Positions 17,498 to 28,365 are shown, numbered from the stretch's first letter. The stretch: DNA of 59,567 nt from Candidatus Nanosyncoccus sp. (GCA_045593145.1 JAZNWC010000013.1:1-59567); one strand, 5' to 3'. Numbers and translations: made by a program. Notes: generated by a model not told the origin, from the sequence alone.

Positions 17498-17663
17498 ATT
17501 TCCCTTTCTAATTGTTTTTGCTAGTATTTTTCTCTATACTAACGGGTTAACAAATAACATCAAATTATAAATTTCCACTTCTATTATACCACAAAAATAG
17601 CGAATATGCTTGCATTTCATTTTCAAAAGGCGTAAACTAGAAAAAATTAAGTGGAGGTAATTT

Positions 17664-17882
17664 GTGGGATATTTAGAGGAAATGCTTTTGAGAAATGGAA
17701 TGATCTATCACTCGCCGGATGGTTCCAGTTCTTACATTGAAGGCAGCTTAATATCAAATACATTAGTCGTACGCAATTCGTCCGGTTGGGTCACCCACCG
17801 TATCGAACGCGCCGCAAACGGCGTAGACCTAGTAGTCAGAAACACATCTACTGGCTTAGTAGAAATGCGCATCGCAGCTTAA
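17664..17882 (+). CDS. small hypothetical protein with an internal LVVRN repeat
   Basis: GGAGG SD + GTG; promoter TTGCAT(17610)-N17-TAAACT(17633). Confidence 0.65.
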   Translation: MGYLEEMLLRNGMIYHSPDGSSSYIEGSLISNTLVVRNSSGWVTHRIERAANGVDLVVRNTSTGLVEMRIAA

Positions 17883-17890
17883 TGGGTTCT

Positions 17891-18793
17891 TTAACTCCAA
17901 AAGCTACGTTTCTTGTTTTTCTTAAACTCTTCAAGCAATTCTTTTTGCTTTTTGCTCAAATTTTTTGGTGTCTCCACAATGATAGTCACAATATGTGGCC
18001 CACGGTCTCCATCCGCTCGCATCGGTACGCCATGCCCAGACAATTTAAACGGCGTTCCGCTCTGTGTGCCGGCCGGCACTTTCATTGTCACGGTTCCATC
18101 TACCGTTTCTACATCAATTTCACAGCCAAGCGCCGCATCCACCATATCAATTTTTTCTTCAGATAGAATAATTGCGCCCTCGCGAGTCAAATGTTTGTGT
18201 GGTTTTACGCGCACACGTACATACAAATCTCCACGTTCCGTTCCGCCCTCTGGCGCCGGACCGCCTTTACCGTGAAGCCTAATACTCATGCCATCATCAA
18301 TACCAGCCGGAATTTTAATTTTGGTGCTCTTGCCGTCTATTTCTACCGACTTAGTCGTACCAAAAATCGCCTCTTCAAAAGTTAGCGTTACGGACGTTTG
18401 GTAGTCTGCACCTCTGCGAGGTCTACGCGCTCCACCAAATCCAAAAATATTCCCCAGAATATCATCGAGTGGCGACCCACCACCAAAATCAAAATTAAAT
18501 GTCTGCCCATTAAAGTTAAACGCCCCGCCTTGCCCGCCAAACGGATTACCGCCACCAAAGCCATTACCGCCTACACCCGCATGGCCAAATTGATCATAAC
18601 GCGCACGCTTTTGTTTATCACTTAATACATCGTGCGCCTCATTAATTTCCTTAAACTTGGCCTCGGCTTCTTTATCGCCAGGATTTTTATCTGGATGATA
18701 TTTAATCGCCAATTTGCGATAGGCTTTTTTAATCTCGTCATCAGATGCGTTTTTAGAAACGCCTAGCACTTCATAATAATCACGTTTTGCCAT
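17891..18793 (-). CDS. dnaJ: DnaJ-class chaperone lacking the zinc-finger domain
   Basis: J-domain with HPD, G/F-rich region, C-terminal domain; no CxxCxGxG repeats. Confidence 0.92.
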   Translation of the reverse strand: MAKRDYYEVLGVSKNASDDEIKKAYRKLAIKYHPDKNPGDKEAEAKFKEINEAHDVLSDKQKRARYDQFGHAGVGGNGFGGGNPFGGQGGAFNFNGQTFNFDFGGGSPLDDILGNIFGFGGARRPRRGADYQTSVTLTFEEAIFGTTKSVEIDGKSTKIKIPAGIDDGMSIRLHGKGGPAPEGGTERGDLYVRVRVKPHKHLTREGAIILSEEKIDMVDAALGCEIDVETVDGTVTMKVPAGTQSGTPFKLSGHGVPMRADGDRGPHIVTIIVETPKNLSKKQKELLEEFKKNKKRSFWS

Positions 18794-18811
18794 ATCAAAT
18801 ATTATACCGCC

Positions 18812-18838
18812 CTAGCACTCAAAATGCAAGAGTGCCAA
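18812..18838. promoter_or_regulatory. CIRCE (HrcA operator) over the dnaJ promoter
   Basis: CTAGCACTC-N9-GAGTGCCAA vs consensus TTAGCACTC-N9-GAGTGCTAA; -35 TTGCAT lies inside the spacer, -10 TATAAT at 18806-18801. Confidence 0.9.
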
Positions 18839-19750
18839 TCACAAGTTGTTGGCAGCATCTAAAACTTCTATTGGGACATTCGTAGTGTTGTACCTAGTCA
18901 TAATTTGGCTTGGTGTGGAAACAAATTTCCACTTACCACCATCGCTCTTTATAATCATAACATATGTAGCAACAGAAGCTCTCCTGATATCGCCAGTTTT
19001 TACTTTTGCAATATAATAATTATCCTCATAATTACCATCTACGAATTCAAAACCCTGTACATTCAAAAAACCATTTTTTATATACTCATCTGGAGCATTT
19101 GCATCATTCTCCACAAAATTACCATTCAACACATTATCAAAGCCACTAATCTGAATATCATAATTAGCCAAATTATCTACACCATCCGCCGCATCCTTCA
19201 ATTTTCCTACTGCTACATCTATATATGTATTTACCGTATCAATAGTTACAACAACATCGTTATTATTATTTATTATATAGCCAACTTTGTAAAGTGAATT
19301 TTTGATTGGTAATACCTTAATAATCGGCCATTCCGCACGCATTTTTTCACTTTCTTTTGAGATGGCTTGAGAAGCATAACCTTCTACTGCATAATAATCA
19401 TCAATGTGTCCATCGGCAATTCTGTTCGCATCTTCAGTCTGTGCTACAATGCTTCCATAGAGAATATTATTCTCATCATCAACAACTACAGACTCATTTA
19501 TTGATGAGAATCCGTCCAAACTTACATAAACTGCATACTCTCCTGGCTCCAAATAAATATTGGAATTATTCTTCACTTCCTTGTCATTTATTTTCACACT
19601 GGCAATAAAAGGCGCATAAGCAACATGCACTTCTATTTTACCAATTTTTGGAATTATATTCATCAAGGCTATTACTACTATTGCAATTATGCCCACTACT
19701 ATAGCACCTATTATCACGCCTATCTTTTTCTTATCAAAACCACCATTCAT
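18839..19750 (-). CDS. membrane-anchored hypothetical protein (PEGA-like segment), T4SS-cluster associated
   Basis: N-terminal TM; YLEPGEYAVYVSLDGF; directly downstream of the hydrolase gene. Confidence 0.7.
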   Translation of the reverse strand: MNGGFDKKKIGVIIGAIVVGIIAIVVIALMNIIPKIGKIEVHVAYAPFIASVKINDKEVKNNSNIYLEPGEYAVYVSLDGFSSINESVVVDDENNILYGSIVAQTEDANRIADGHIDDYYAVEGYASQAISKESEKMRAEWPIIKVLPIKNSLYKVGYIINNNNDVVVTIDTVNTYIDVAVGKLKDAADGVDNLANYDIQISGFDNVLNGNFVENDANAPDEYIKNGFLNVQGFEFVDGNYEDNYYIAKVKTGDIRRASVATYVMIIKSDGGKWKFVSTPSQIMTRYNTTNVPIEVLDAANNL

Positions 19751-19752
19751 AA

Positions 19753-21093
19753 TTATTTTACCTTCCTATACCATCGCGGATTGTTATAAGAAGCGCCCTC
19801 CGTACCAGACATCGGTGCCCTTCCATTGCCTTGACTACTATAAGACGCCGAGGCCACATTTGTTTGGAAACCCTCAAAGTCGCCAATCCACATCCACGTA
19901 TGATCCCCGCCAGCGCTACAATTACCATAATATGCTCCAGTAAAAGCCACATCGCCAAGTTGTAAATCCGCCGGATCCATTTTTTCGCCATTCGGATTCA
20001 ACCACACCCATTTATCTGAACTCCCTCCTTCTCTTAACCAATATTCCTGTGGTGCAGTGTTTGAAGCACATCCATTGTAGTCTGGATCATAACCACTCTC
20101 TTGCATAATGGTCGTAACAAAACCACCGCAATCAATACCAGGAACGCCGTCAACCGTACCACCAACATATTTACCTTCAGATTTACGTTTTGTTACTGCC
20201 GCTGCATATTCTGGCATTCTATCCAAAAATGGTGGGTTATGGTGCTCTGGCCAAACATAAGCCCTTACATAATCCGCCAAAGTTTGTAAGTTTGTGCCAC
20301 ATGCTCTAGACGCACCCGCCGCCACATTTCCATCACCGCCAGCAAATTGAGTGTAAAAAGTGTCCGCTTGAGTCACCCTATTTTGGTGTGCTTCAATCGT
20401 CGGATTATCAGGGATTTCCACATGTTCCAAAAAGAATTTAGTTGCATCGTAAACAGTTGCTGTCTGCAATAAGCCATTATAATTTGGGTTATTGTTCAAT
20501 TCGTCTTTCAAATACTGCAATTCCAACGAAACCAATTCATCAAATATATCTTCTCCAGCTGCTTTTGTGAATAAATCACCGTTCCAATAAGTCGGGCTAT
20601 ACGAATTATAATCATTGAAATAATCGACGAGCGCCGCATTCATACTCTTAACATAGTTATACATCCCAATTCTACGATCGAACGACCATTGGATTAAACC
20701 TAAGCCATAAGAAATATCAGCATGGCCGTCCAAAGCAAAACCAGGCTGGTATGCATCCATCTTACTCACTTCATGCTGAGCCGGGTTAAAATGTGACTCA
20801 GATTCCATATTCCCCATTACTCCAGCCGCCTGCTCTGGTGTCAAGAAACTCGTTAAACCAAACCAAATCTTTGCCTGTGGGGTATCGCCATTTAATACAA
20901 TCGGGCCTTCTTTGTATGTGCCATCTGGACATTTATAATTTCCATCATCCGGGTCATAAAACAAAATATTGTTGTTGGCGAACATGTCGAGCATTTCTTC
21001 GCTGAGGGCATAGGTGCTGGCGACCGGCAAGGTAATAATCAAAAAGGCTACCACTAAGACAAAGATTCTTTTTAGAAATAGCTTTTTTGCCAT
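19753..21093 (-). CDS. Secreted peptidoglycan hydrolase: phage-tail-lysozyme-like domain + NlpC/P60-like domain
   Basis: Signal peptide; TPEQAAGVMGNMESES, GLIQWS; C-terminal DCGGFV...LQLGD...HTW. Confidence 0.8.
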   Translation of the reverse strand: MAKKLFLKRIFVLVVAFLIITLPVASTYALSEEMLDMFANNNILFYDPDDGNYKCPDGTYKEGPIVLNGDTPQAKIWFGLTSFLTPEQAAGVMGNMESESHFNPAQHEVSKMDAYQPGFALDGHADISYGLGLIQWSFDRRIGMYNYVKSMNAALVDYFNDYNSYSPTYWNGDLFTKAAGEDIFDELVSLELQYLKDELNNNPNYNGLLQTATVYDATKFFLEHVEIPDNPTIEAHQNRVTQADTFYTQFAGGDGNVAAGASRACGTNLQTLADYVRAYVWPEHHNPPFLDRMPEYAAAVTKRKSEGKYVGGTVDGVPGIDCGGFVTTIMQESGYDPDYNGCASNTAPQEYWLREGGSSDKWVWLNPNGEKMDPADLQLGDVAFTGAYYGNCSAGGDHTWMWIGDFEGFQTNVASASYSSQGNGRAPMSGTEGASYNNPRWYRKVK

Positions 21094-21125
21094 ATATATA
21101 TTATATAATATTTACCTGTTAATGT

Positions 21126-22943
21126 CTATGTCTTGTTTGGGCTTGTCGTAATCAACCCTTCCTCAGTTTCAGACGCAATCACTCGGATATGCACGTGGTT
21201 CGGCCCCGCAAAGAACAAACCTTCACCCACCGGGAAATTAGCAAGACGAGCTTTCTCTTCTTCAGTCAATTTAAATACATCAGACAACACATCTACCGCC
21301 GAAGTAGATTGCTTCAAGAGTAACTGCATCGAAGAGTTCGCCACAATTGCACGACCCATTTTGGAACCCATAAAATCTTCTACATCCTGCGTAATTGTAG
21401 TAAGCCCAAGATAATATTTACGTGCGCGCTTGGCAAGCGAAAACATAAAGCTCGCCGAATCTTCATATTGCATTAATTGCCACGCCTCGTCCACAATTAG
21501 CAAGCGTATTTTCTGCTCTGCCCTCACAATATTCCAAATGTGCGACAGCACAATATACATCGCCACTGGGCGAAGCTCATCTTCGAGGTCGCGGATATTA
21601 AACACTACCATTTGGTTATTGATATCTACATTGCTTTGTTGCGAGAAAATCCCAGCAAAAGTCCCCGTAGTGTATTTGCGAAGTCTCTGCGCTAATTGTG
21701 GCCCACTACCACCCATATGTAGCAAAGTATCATAAAGATTTAGAATAGTTGGCGGCGTAGATTGATGCGTCAAAGGATCCGACGTAATCCCAGCCCTAGC
21801 ATAAGTATCAATCAGAGCTTGATCAAGATCCGCCTCTTCATTAGCTGTTAATGCTGGTACTACTTGCCCGCTAGCAGAAATCTGATTACCACCTAACATC
21901 AGCCTAAATAGCCCGTGGAGTGTTACCAAATTCGCTCGCAAAGCATCATTAGCATCTTCATTGTCCACTACTTTTGGCAAATCAAATGGATTTATCCTTA
22001 TATCGGAATTTAGAGACAACCGGATATAAGACCCACCTACAGCGTCGCATAACTTCTGGTACTCATTTTCTGGGTCGATAATGATAATCTCGCTTCCTAC
22101 CATCATCGAACGAAGCGCCTCCAACTTTACCGCAAAAGATTTACCTGCACCAGACTTTGCAAATACCACCATGTTAGCATTTTCAAGTGAAAACCTGTCA
22201 AAAATCACCAGGCCATTATTATGCATATTGATACCGTACAAAATCCCTTTGTCCTGCGTCAAATCTGCCGAAGTAAATGGAAATGAGGTGGAAATTGCGC
22301 CAGTATTCATGTTACGACGAATTTGTAATTGGTCTGTACATTGTGGCGTTACAGAGTTTAGCCCCTGCTCTTGTTGCGAAGCCGCCACCTTAGAGAAAAT
22401 CATTTGTTGTCCAAAAATCGTCTCAATCTTTTGCTGCACGAATTTCAGCTCATCTAAAGAATCAGCCCACAACGTGATATAAAGTCCAAACCGGAAAAAT
22501 CTCTCCATCCCCACCTGGAGTTTATCGCGAAGTTCCTCGGCATCGTTAATTGCCGCTTCTAACTCTGGGTCACGCACCTTGCCCTTTTCAATGTTCAAAT
22601 TCATAGTTGCTTCTAGCTGCGTTACTTTGGTACGCAAGTTTTTCATCACTACCGCAGACTCTACTGGATAAATATACATGGACACGTCAATTACTTCATC
22701 CATATTGATAATTGGCGAAATCCACCCCGTATAAAGTGAACGTGGATAACCATATATATATAGTGTACGGCCATACTTAGTGCCAAGACGGAAATAATCT
22801 GAATGAATTTCAATCGCCGCCGGCGAAATCAAATCACGGAGCGTATTGGTGCCCTGTTCAAAAGCTTGTTGAATTTCTGCCGCTTCCATCGCTTCGGCTT
22901 GCGCCGCAATTTCTGCTGGAGTCAGTTGTTTTTTTCTACCCAT
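21126..22943 (-). CDS. VirB4-like T4SS ATPase
   Basis: AKSGAGKS Walker A, IIDPENEY, INPFD, LLIVDEAW Walker B, KRARKY.LG. Confidence 0.92.
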   Translation of the reverse strand: MGRKKQLTPAEIAAQAEAMEAAEIQQAFEQGTNTLRDLISPAAIEIHSDYFRLGTKYGRTLYIYGYPRSLYTGWISPIINMDEVIDVSMYIYPVESAVVMKNLRTKVTQLEATMNLNIEKGKVRDPELEAAINDAEELRDKLQVGMERFFRFGLYITLWADSLDELKFVQQKIETIFGQQMIFSKVAASQQEQGLNSVTPQCTDQLQIRRNMNTGAISTSFPFTSADLTQDKGILYGINMHNNGLVIFDRFSLENANMVVFAKSGAGKSFAVKLEALRSMMVGSEIIIIDPENEYQKLCDAVGGSYIRLSLNSDIRINPFDLPKVVDNEDANDALRANLVTLHGLFRLMLGGNQISASGQVVPALTANEEADLDQALIDTYARAGITSDPLTHQSTPPTILNLYDTLLHMGGSGPQLAQRLRKYTTGTFAGIFSQQSNVDINNQMVVFNIRDLEDELRPVAMYIVLSHIWNIVRAEQKIRLLIVDEAWQLMQYEDSASFMFSLAKRARKYYLGLTTITQDVEDFMGSKMGRAIVANSSMQLLLKQSTSAVDVLSDVFKLTEEEKARLANFPVGEGLFFAGPNHVHIRVIASETEEGLITTSPNKT

Positions 22944-23805
22944 TTTGATTTTCTCCCTTTCTCACGTACATTGTTGCCATTTGTGAAAAATCTACCAAAG
23001 GCTCTCTCACTGCCGTATCCGGATTGTTAAAGTTATAATACAACTCTGCAAGCTCTTTGGTCTTTAAACGCACCGCTTGAATACCAATTGAAAACAGCCC
23101 GTCAATTACCGAGCTGACACGGTTGTTCAGCTCTTCGAGAGCTTTGTCATAAGTGGCCCTATCGATGCGCGTAACTTCTTGGCTCTTGCCTTTACCGAAA
23201 GATCTAAACAAATTTTTGGTCTGATTTAAAAGTTTTTCTGCATCAGCCGAAGTATAATATGGAATTACAATAAAGAAAGACTTATCCATAATGTTAGCTT
23301 CTTGCGACAGAATATCAATAAAGTTAATATAGTCATCCATCAAAACGCCAAGCAACATATTGTCATTATTGCGACGAATTTCAGAAAGCTTTTCAATATA
23401 TGGGCCGATATCAACACGCTGGCTACGAATTAGAATCTGAACAGTAAAACGCAGCGAGTTCATAAAATCTTGATAGGAGCGCTCAACCGCTTCACGTTCT
23501 GCATCGGACATCAGGTCGAAGTTGATAGACTTGCACGCTACCACCGCACGAAAAGAACCGTCTTTCATAATTACCACATTATCACGAAGCTCAGAAATCA
23601 GGAGTGTAGACTGTGTAGAAGTAGGCACGTCCTTGTTTGGCGAAACTGGCATTGCTTGATTTGCCGTCATCGCTGCCGAACCAATAAGCGCCGCATTTGG
23701 ATTTTGCGGTTGCATTTGTTGAATTTGTGGCTGAACTGGTGATTGCCCAGGAAACATCATTTGCGGACCTTGTTGCTGTGGCTGTTGCAATTGTTGTGGA
23801 TTCAT
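22936..23805 (-). CDS. T4SS-associated protein (TraC/VirB4 N-terminal-like)
   Basis: STQSTL.I.E....V.MKDG, INFDLMS..E, QILIRS; Q/P-rich N-terminus; overlaps the virB4 start. Confidence 0.75.
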   Translation of the reverse strand: MNPQQLQQPQQQGPQMMFPGQSPVQPQIQQMQPQNPNAALIGSAAMTANQAMPVSPNKDVPTSTQSTLLISELRDNVVIMKDGSFRAVVACKSINFDLMSDAEREAVERSYQDFMNSLRFTVQILIRSQRVDIGPYIEKLSEIRRNNDNMLLGVLMDDYINFIDILSQEANIMDKSFFIVIPYYTSADAEKLLNQTKNLFRSFGKGKSQEVTRIDRATYDKALEELNNRVSSVIDGLFSIGIQAVRLKTKELAELYYNFNNPDTAVREPLVDFSQMATMYVRKGENQNG

Positions 23806-23808
23806 AAT

Positions 23809-24645
23809 TTAGTGTAGCGATATAAAAACTTCGCCCTCTTCCTTTCTATTTATACGGTTAGCTTCTTTCGCGATGGTCGCAACGGAAAAATCAGAATTAT
23901 TAGCTAATTCCATTATACTAGGTTTTGGTGGAGTTTTTGGAGTTTGTGGAATAATTTTTGGTTTTTCCACAGGTTTTTCTGCTGGTTTCTCTGCTAGTTT
24001 TTCTGCAACTGGTTCATTTCTTTTTTCAACTGTTACTCCAGCCATACTAAGATTGTTATTTCTGTCAATTGCCGCACGCATCTCTTTAATCGCTTCTTGG
24101 TGCCTCTCCGCCGTATCCTGCGTAATTGCCCTGTCTATTACCTCAGAATGATAACTATCAAACATATCACTTACAGTATTTGCTTCTGCCGCAAGGTCAT
24201 CACGCATCACACTATTATTTACATCTTTAATCGCCTGTCCTTCAGTGTCTACGATATTAGCAAGAAAAGACAGTCTATGAGTAGCTTCCTCTTCAGACAA
24301 ATCCCGTTTTCTAGTTTCTTCCACAATTTTCGGTGCGGTAATAAGGATGGTGGACTCTCTCTGTCCCGGCGTCCACACACGTTTACGCGGTTTTAAATAA
24401 TAAGAAATAATTGCCGCAAGATAAGTCTCCATTGGCTGGTCTTTTTTTATCGGCAACGCCAATATCAAAAAGAATAACGCCGGCAAAACTGGAATAATCA
24501 CAAGCAATGGGAAAATCTGAAAAAGCCCCACCGACAGCGCGATACATCCACCGGCAATCAAAAGATACACGAACTGCCGAAAACTAAACGGCCCGATTAA
24601 CTTGTCGTCCGCCTCAACGTCTTGAGGCACTTTATATTGGGCCAT
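23809..24645 (-). CDS. PrgI-family (VirB3-like) membrane protein
   Basis: YKVPQDVEADDKLIGPFSFRQF followed by two TM helices and KPRKRVW. Confidence 0.85.
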   Translation of the reverse strand: MAQYKVPQDVEADDKLIGPFSFRQFVYLLIAGGCIALSVGLFQIFPLLVIIPVLPALFFLILALPIKKDQPMETYLAAIISYYLKPRKRVWTPGQRESTILITAPKIVEETRKRDLSEEEATHRLSFLANIVDTEGQAIKDVNNSVMRDDLAAEANTVSDMFDSYHSEVIDRAITQDTAERHQEAIKEMRAAIDRNNNLSMAGVTVEKRNEPVAEKLAEKPAEKPVEKPKIIPQTPKTPPKPSIMELANNSDFSVATIAKEANRINRKEEGEVFISLH

Positions 24646-24684
24646 ACATATATATTATAACATAAGAATAATCTTATAAACAAA

Positions 24685-24719
24685 GAAAAACCGCCGAGAT
24701 TAATACCCAGCGGTTTTTC
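24685..24719 (-). terminator. Intrinsic terminator after the VirB6-like gene
   Basis: GAAAAACCGC...GCGGTTTTTC inverted repeat. Confidence 0.7.
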
Positions 24720-24732
24720 CTGACTGTTTATT

Positions 24733-27700
24733 TTAATAGTTATCCAAATCGTCCAATAGTTCCAATATCCAGCTCTTTATAGTGTGGCTATCGGCGGCCG
24801 GATCTTCTTCATGCATTTTCTTAAGCGACACCACTACATAGCTATCAGGAGATAGTTTAGATTTTAGGTAATCATACGCTTGCTCAAAGAAGTCATCTGG
24901 ATTATGCTTATTATCATCAGAATAATACAAGTCTTCTATATCATTAATAAACTCTTCTTGGTCCGATTCACTATACGCACCAGAACGAGAAGTGTCACTA
25001 TCGTCATGATTTGCATTCGCACCATCATTTTCTTCTTCGTCCTCGTCCTTTTCACGATTTTGTTTATTACCTCTATCGTCTTTTGACCTATTCAAGACCC
25101 TAGTTAACGCTTTCACAATTTTCTCAATTTCCTCTTCTTCCTTTCGTGATGTCTTTGACTCAGCTTGCTGGGCCTCCTCTGCGCTAGCATCAACACTTTC
25201 ACCATTTTGTTGCTTCAACATTTTTTCAATTCTCTTCTTTTCTGCTTGCTGTTCAGCACGCTTCTTTTGTTCATAAGCCCTAATCATCACCTCATTATCA
25301 AGCCCAAGCCAGTCACGCACCCATGGTTTTGCAGCATTAGCCGCGCCAGAACGTCTAGAGCGATAAACCTGTTCAAGAGTGCCACGCTTATCTAGCCATT
25401 TAATCATTTCTTTACCAGCAATCTTATGACGTGCTTTTATCATCTCTTTATTACGAGCTACCCTTGCCATACCTTCTGGATTTTCACCATACACTTCATT
25501 GATTCTAGCTACTTCAGCCAAATATTCTTCCTTTGCCTGTTTTTCATCAGCAGTCAAATCCTCGTCATCATTCAACAAGAAAGTATCAGCAAGGTGTTCC
25601 CTAAGCCCATCATAATAGTCTGATCTAAGTTGCAATATTTGATTAGGCGTCTGGTTCCACAGGTAATCCATAGTATGTGAACGGAAATATTCTTTTGTAT
25701 CTTCAATATCATCAATGTATGGGTTTTCTTTTCTATCTTTCTTTCCCCATATAGCCACAGATTCATACAAAGGATCACCATTCTCGTCCACATAAGGATT
25801 ACCGTTTTCATCAACCATCATCTCAGAATAGTAACCAGTCTTATACTTTACGGCGCTCTTTAGTTGCTCACTTCCAGACAAATACTTCAAGCTTGCTGAG
25901 ATAAACTGAGGCTCCATGGCAAGATCTACTTGTCCACGCTTGGTTAAATACTTCTTTACGTCCAGTTTCTTTATTGGTTTACCATCTTTATCTAAATCAT
26001 TTTTATCCTCATACCAATATGGGTGCATCATTATCATTTCACCATCACCGTATGCCGTTCTTTCCACACCGTCAAGAGAAGTACCTTCCATCAATACGGA
26101 CATTGGTCTCTTTGAATATTTTATGACTTTCTGTCCAGGATTATCCGGATCGTCTTCTTCATACCGACCAGTCACAAACTCATCAAGAGTAATAATCTTA
26201 TTCTTGCGCTTATTCTTATTAAACACCTGCGCAGTTTCGAGATTAATATATTTACCAAACCGACGTAAGAATGGGTCGGCATCTTTTACTTCAAACATGG
26301 AGAACCCAGCCAATGCTTGTGAAGCATGGGAACCCACTTCTACGCCATGGCTCAAAACATCATAAAGACCTTTTGACACCAAATCAGTATCACCACGTTG
26401 ATTTAACACTCGCATGAACGAAATAATCGCATCAACATTCCTTATAGTGTCATTATCGGTAGCTTTGTCAGCTGCGTCAATAAGTTCTTTCAAACGATAT
26501 TCGACATCTCTTGTCGGAGGAAGAAGCTCGGCATATTTTTGTAATTTATTGTCGTGAATTTTCTGTTGTGTATCACGCGAATGTGCAGCAACTGCCGCCG
26601 CATATTGAGCATCATAATGATTACCATGCATAATCTTAAGGGCATCATTATATCTATCCATTGCAACTTTTGCTTTACTCGGATCGTCAAAGTGGAATAC
26701 ATAATCTGACCTAGGCACACGATTACCCGATTTGTCTAACTTATAGCCCACCGTTTCATCGAAATGAGCGTTCATTGCATCTTCCATACGATCGTGAAAA
26801 CCAACGGCATTTCTGTAGTCAATCAATTCACCCCTAGCAGTTTCCATTTTGAGCTTGTCTGATTCTCTTACAATATTTGCATCAAGTTCTTCAAGTCGCC
26901 TCTTCTGAGCTTTGTCTCCAGCAAATTCAGCCACACTATCATTGAAGTTGTTCTTATGTTCCAAAACCCTCCTTTGGTATGACATTCTTCTAGTCATCTC
27001 AGCATGTGATTCCTCACCATCACGAGAGAGAACTCTCTTATCACCTCTCAGCCTATAATTTCTATCTGCTGCATATGCCTGCCCACGCAATTTTACAGTC
27101 TCGGCATGTTCTTTTGTCTCTTCTTCACGCGCAATCTTGCGATCATTCAAGAACTGTCTCAATCTCAATGTTGGCGTATACGCCCTATCAGATGCCAAGA
27201 ATTTCTGCCTTGTAAGCTCCCTGTGTGACTCCGCCCAAGCCTTGTTCGTAGCCAGTGGCGCCGCAAAGAGTCCCGTAATCTTTGCGTTGATCGTACCAAG
27301 GAATGTACCAGACATTTTCATCAGAGACCAAGAGAAGAATAGCGGGAAAATCTGCACCGCCACGCCCAGTATCATGCCAAAACCATCTGTCGCGCTAGAG
27401 ATAATCGCCCAGCCCGCCAAGCTAGACGCACCAAATAGCAAACTATACGCCGGATAAAACACCAGCATTTTTACCAACAGATCTTTCCATTTTTTAAACA
27501 AATTCTCTGTATTTGGCATAATGTAAGCCACAATTGCTAGTGGGGCAATCATAATCAAAAGTATCACTACCACTTGGCGAAGCGCAATCGTAATCAAACT
27601 AGTCACCACGGCTACAAGTGCACCAAGCACCGCCGGAATCAACATCCAAATTTCACCACCTTCAAACGCGATCGCTCCAACACCGGTCATAACTGCTGTA

Positions 27701-28365
27701 CCACTGGCGAGCGAAGAGTACATATCCGCCATAGCAAGGCCAGTTTCAGCATCAGTATAATGTTCCACCGAAAGCATCGCCGGCACCGTAGCCTCTTGCA
27801 CCGATGTAAATACCCCACGAAGACCATTACCAATAATATTAGACACATCCACCGCTAGCGAGCAAACAAGAAAGCTCAGGTTCACCATAATCGCCGCCAC
27901 AATCAGCTTTGGCAACGCCTTTTTAATACCATAATTCGAAATCCCTACCCCTGTAATTTGCGAATACACCGCAATCAAAAGGAAAATGATAAATGCAACA
28001 TTCGCAATCCCCAAACAATACTTCCAAATCAGATAAATCGGCGATTCCTCGCTCGCTTCTACCGGATTTATCTCTAAAAGATCCTTATTTTTTTCATAAA
28101 GCCAGTCCACCGCCTCAGAAATTTTACCAGTCGTCGGACAAACTAACCAACCAAGAGAACCGAGACTGTCATCACAAGTTCTAGTTTCTACAGTAGTAGT
28201 TTCTACGGCAGTAGTTTCTTCTGTAGCTTCGGTGGTATTTGCATCTGGTATAGCATAAACCGCATTATTACTTGCAAAAAATGGCAAAATAAGTCCTAAA
28301 ATACCAAAAAAACACCCAAAAATGGCTTTTACCAACCTAGTTTTCAAAGGTTTTCTTGTTATCAT
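24733..28365 (-). CDS. VirB6/TrbL-like polytopic membrane protein with ~800-aa hydrophilic C-terminal extension
   Basis: W....IAN..FIIFLL..YSQITG..NYGIKK.LPKLIVAAI.VNLSF, APLA.VAYIMPNT; start at ATG 28365 with GGGAGG SD. Confidence 0.8.
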   Translation of the reverse strand: MITRKPLKTRLVKAIFGCFFGILGLILPFFASNNAVYAIPDANTTEATEETTAVETTTVETRTCDDSLGSLGWLVCPTTGKISEAVDWLYEKNKDLLEINPVEASEESPIYLIWKYCLGIANVAFIIFLLIAVYSQITGVGISNYGIKKALPKLIVAAIMVNLSFLVCSLAVDVSNIIGNGLRGVFTSVQEATVPAMLSVEHYTDAETGLAMADMYSSLASGTAVMTGVGAIAFEGGEIWMLIPAVLGALVAVVTSLITIALRQVVVILLIMIAPLAIVAYIMPNTENLFKKWKDLLVKMLVFYPAYSLLFGASSLAGWAIISSATDGFGMILGVAVQIFPLFFSWSLMKMSGTFLGTINAKITGLFAAPLATNKAWAESHRELTRQKFLASDRAYTPTLRLRQFLNDRKIAREEETKEHAETVKLRGQAYAADRNYRLRGDKRVLSRDGEESHAEMTRRMSYQRRVLEHKNNFNDSVAEFAGDKAQKRRLEELDANIVRESDKLKMETARGELIDYRNAVGFHDRMEDAMNAHFDETVGYKLDKSGNRVPRSDYVFHFDDPSKAKVAMDRYNDALKIMHGNHYDAQYAAAVAAHSRDTQQKIHDNKLQKYAELLPPTRDVEYRLKELIDAADKATDNDTIRNVDAIISFMRVLNQRGDTDLVSKGLYDVLSHGVEVGSHASQALAGFSMFEVKDADPFLRRFGKYINLETAQVFNKNKRKNKIITLDEFVTGRYEEDDPDNPGQKVIKYSKRPMSVLMEGTSLDGVERTAYGDGEMIMMHPYWYEDKNDLDKDGKPIKKLDVKKYLTKRGQVDLAMEPQFISASLKYLSGSEQLKSAVKYKTGYYSEMMVDENGNPYVDENGDPLYESVAIWGKKDRKENPYIDDIEDTKEYFRSHTMDYLWNQTPNQILQLRSDYYDGLREHLADTFLLNDDEDLTADEKQAKEEYLAEVARINEVYGENPEGMARVARNKEMIKARHKIAGKEMIKWLDKRGTLEQVYRSRRSGAANAAKPWVRDWLGLDNEVMIRAYEQKKRAEQQAEKKRIEKMLKQQNGESVDASAEEAQQAESKTSRKEEEEIEKIVKALTRVLNRSKDDRGNKQNREKDEDEEENDGANANHDDSDTSRSGAYSESDQEEFINDIEDLYYSDDNKHNPDDFFEQAYDYLKSKLSPDSYVVVSLKKMHEEDPAADSHTIKSWILELLDDLDNY

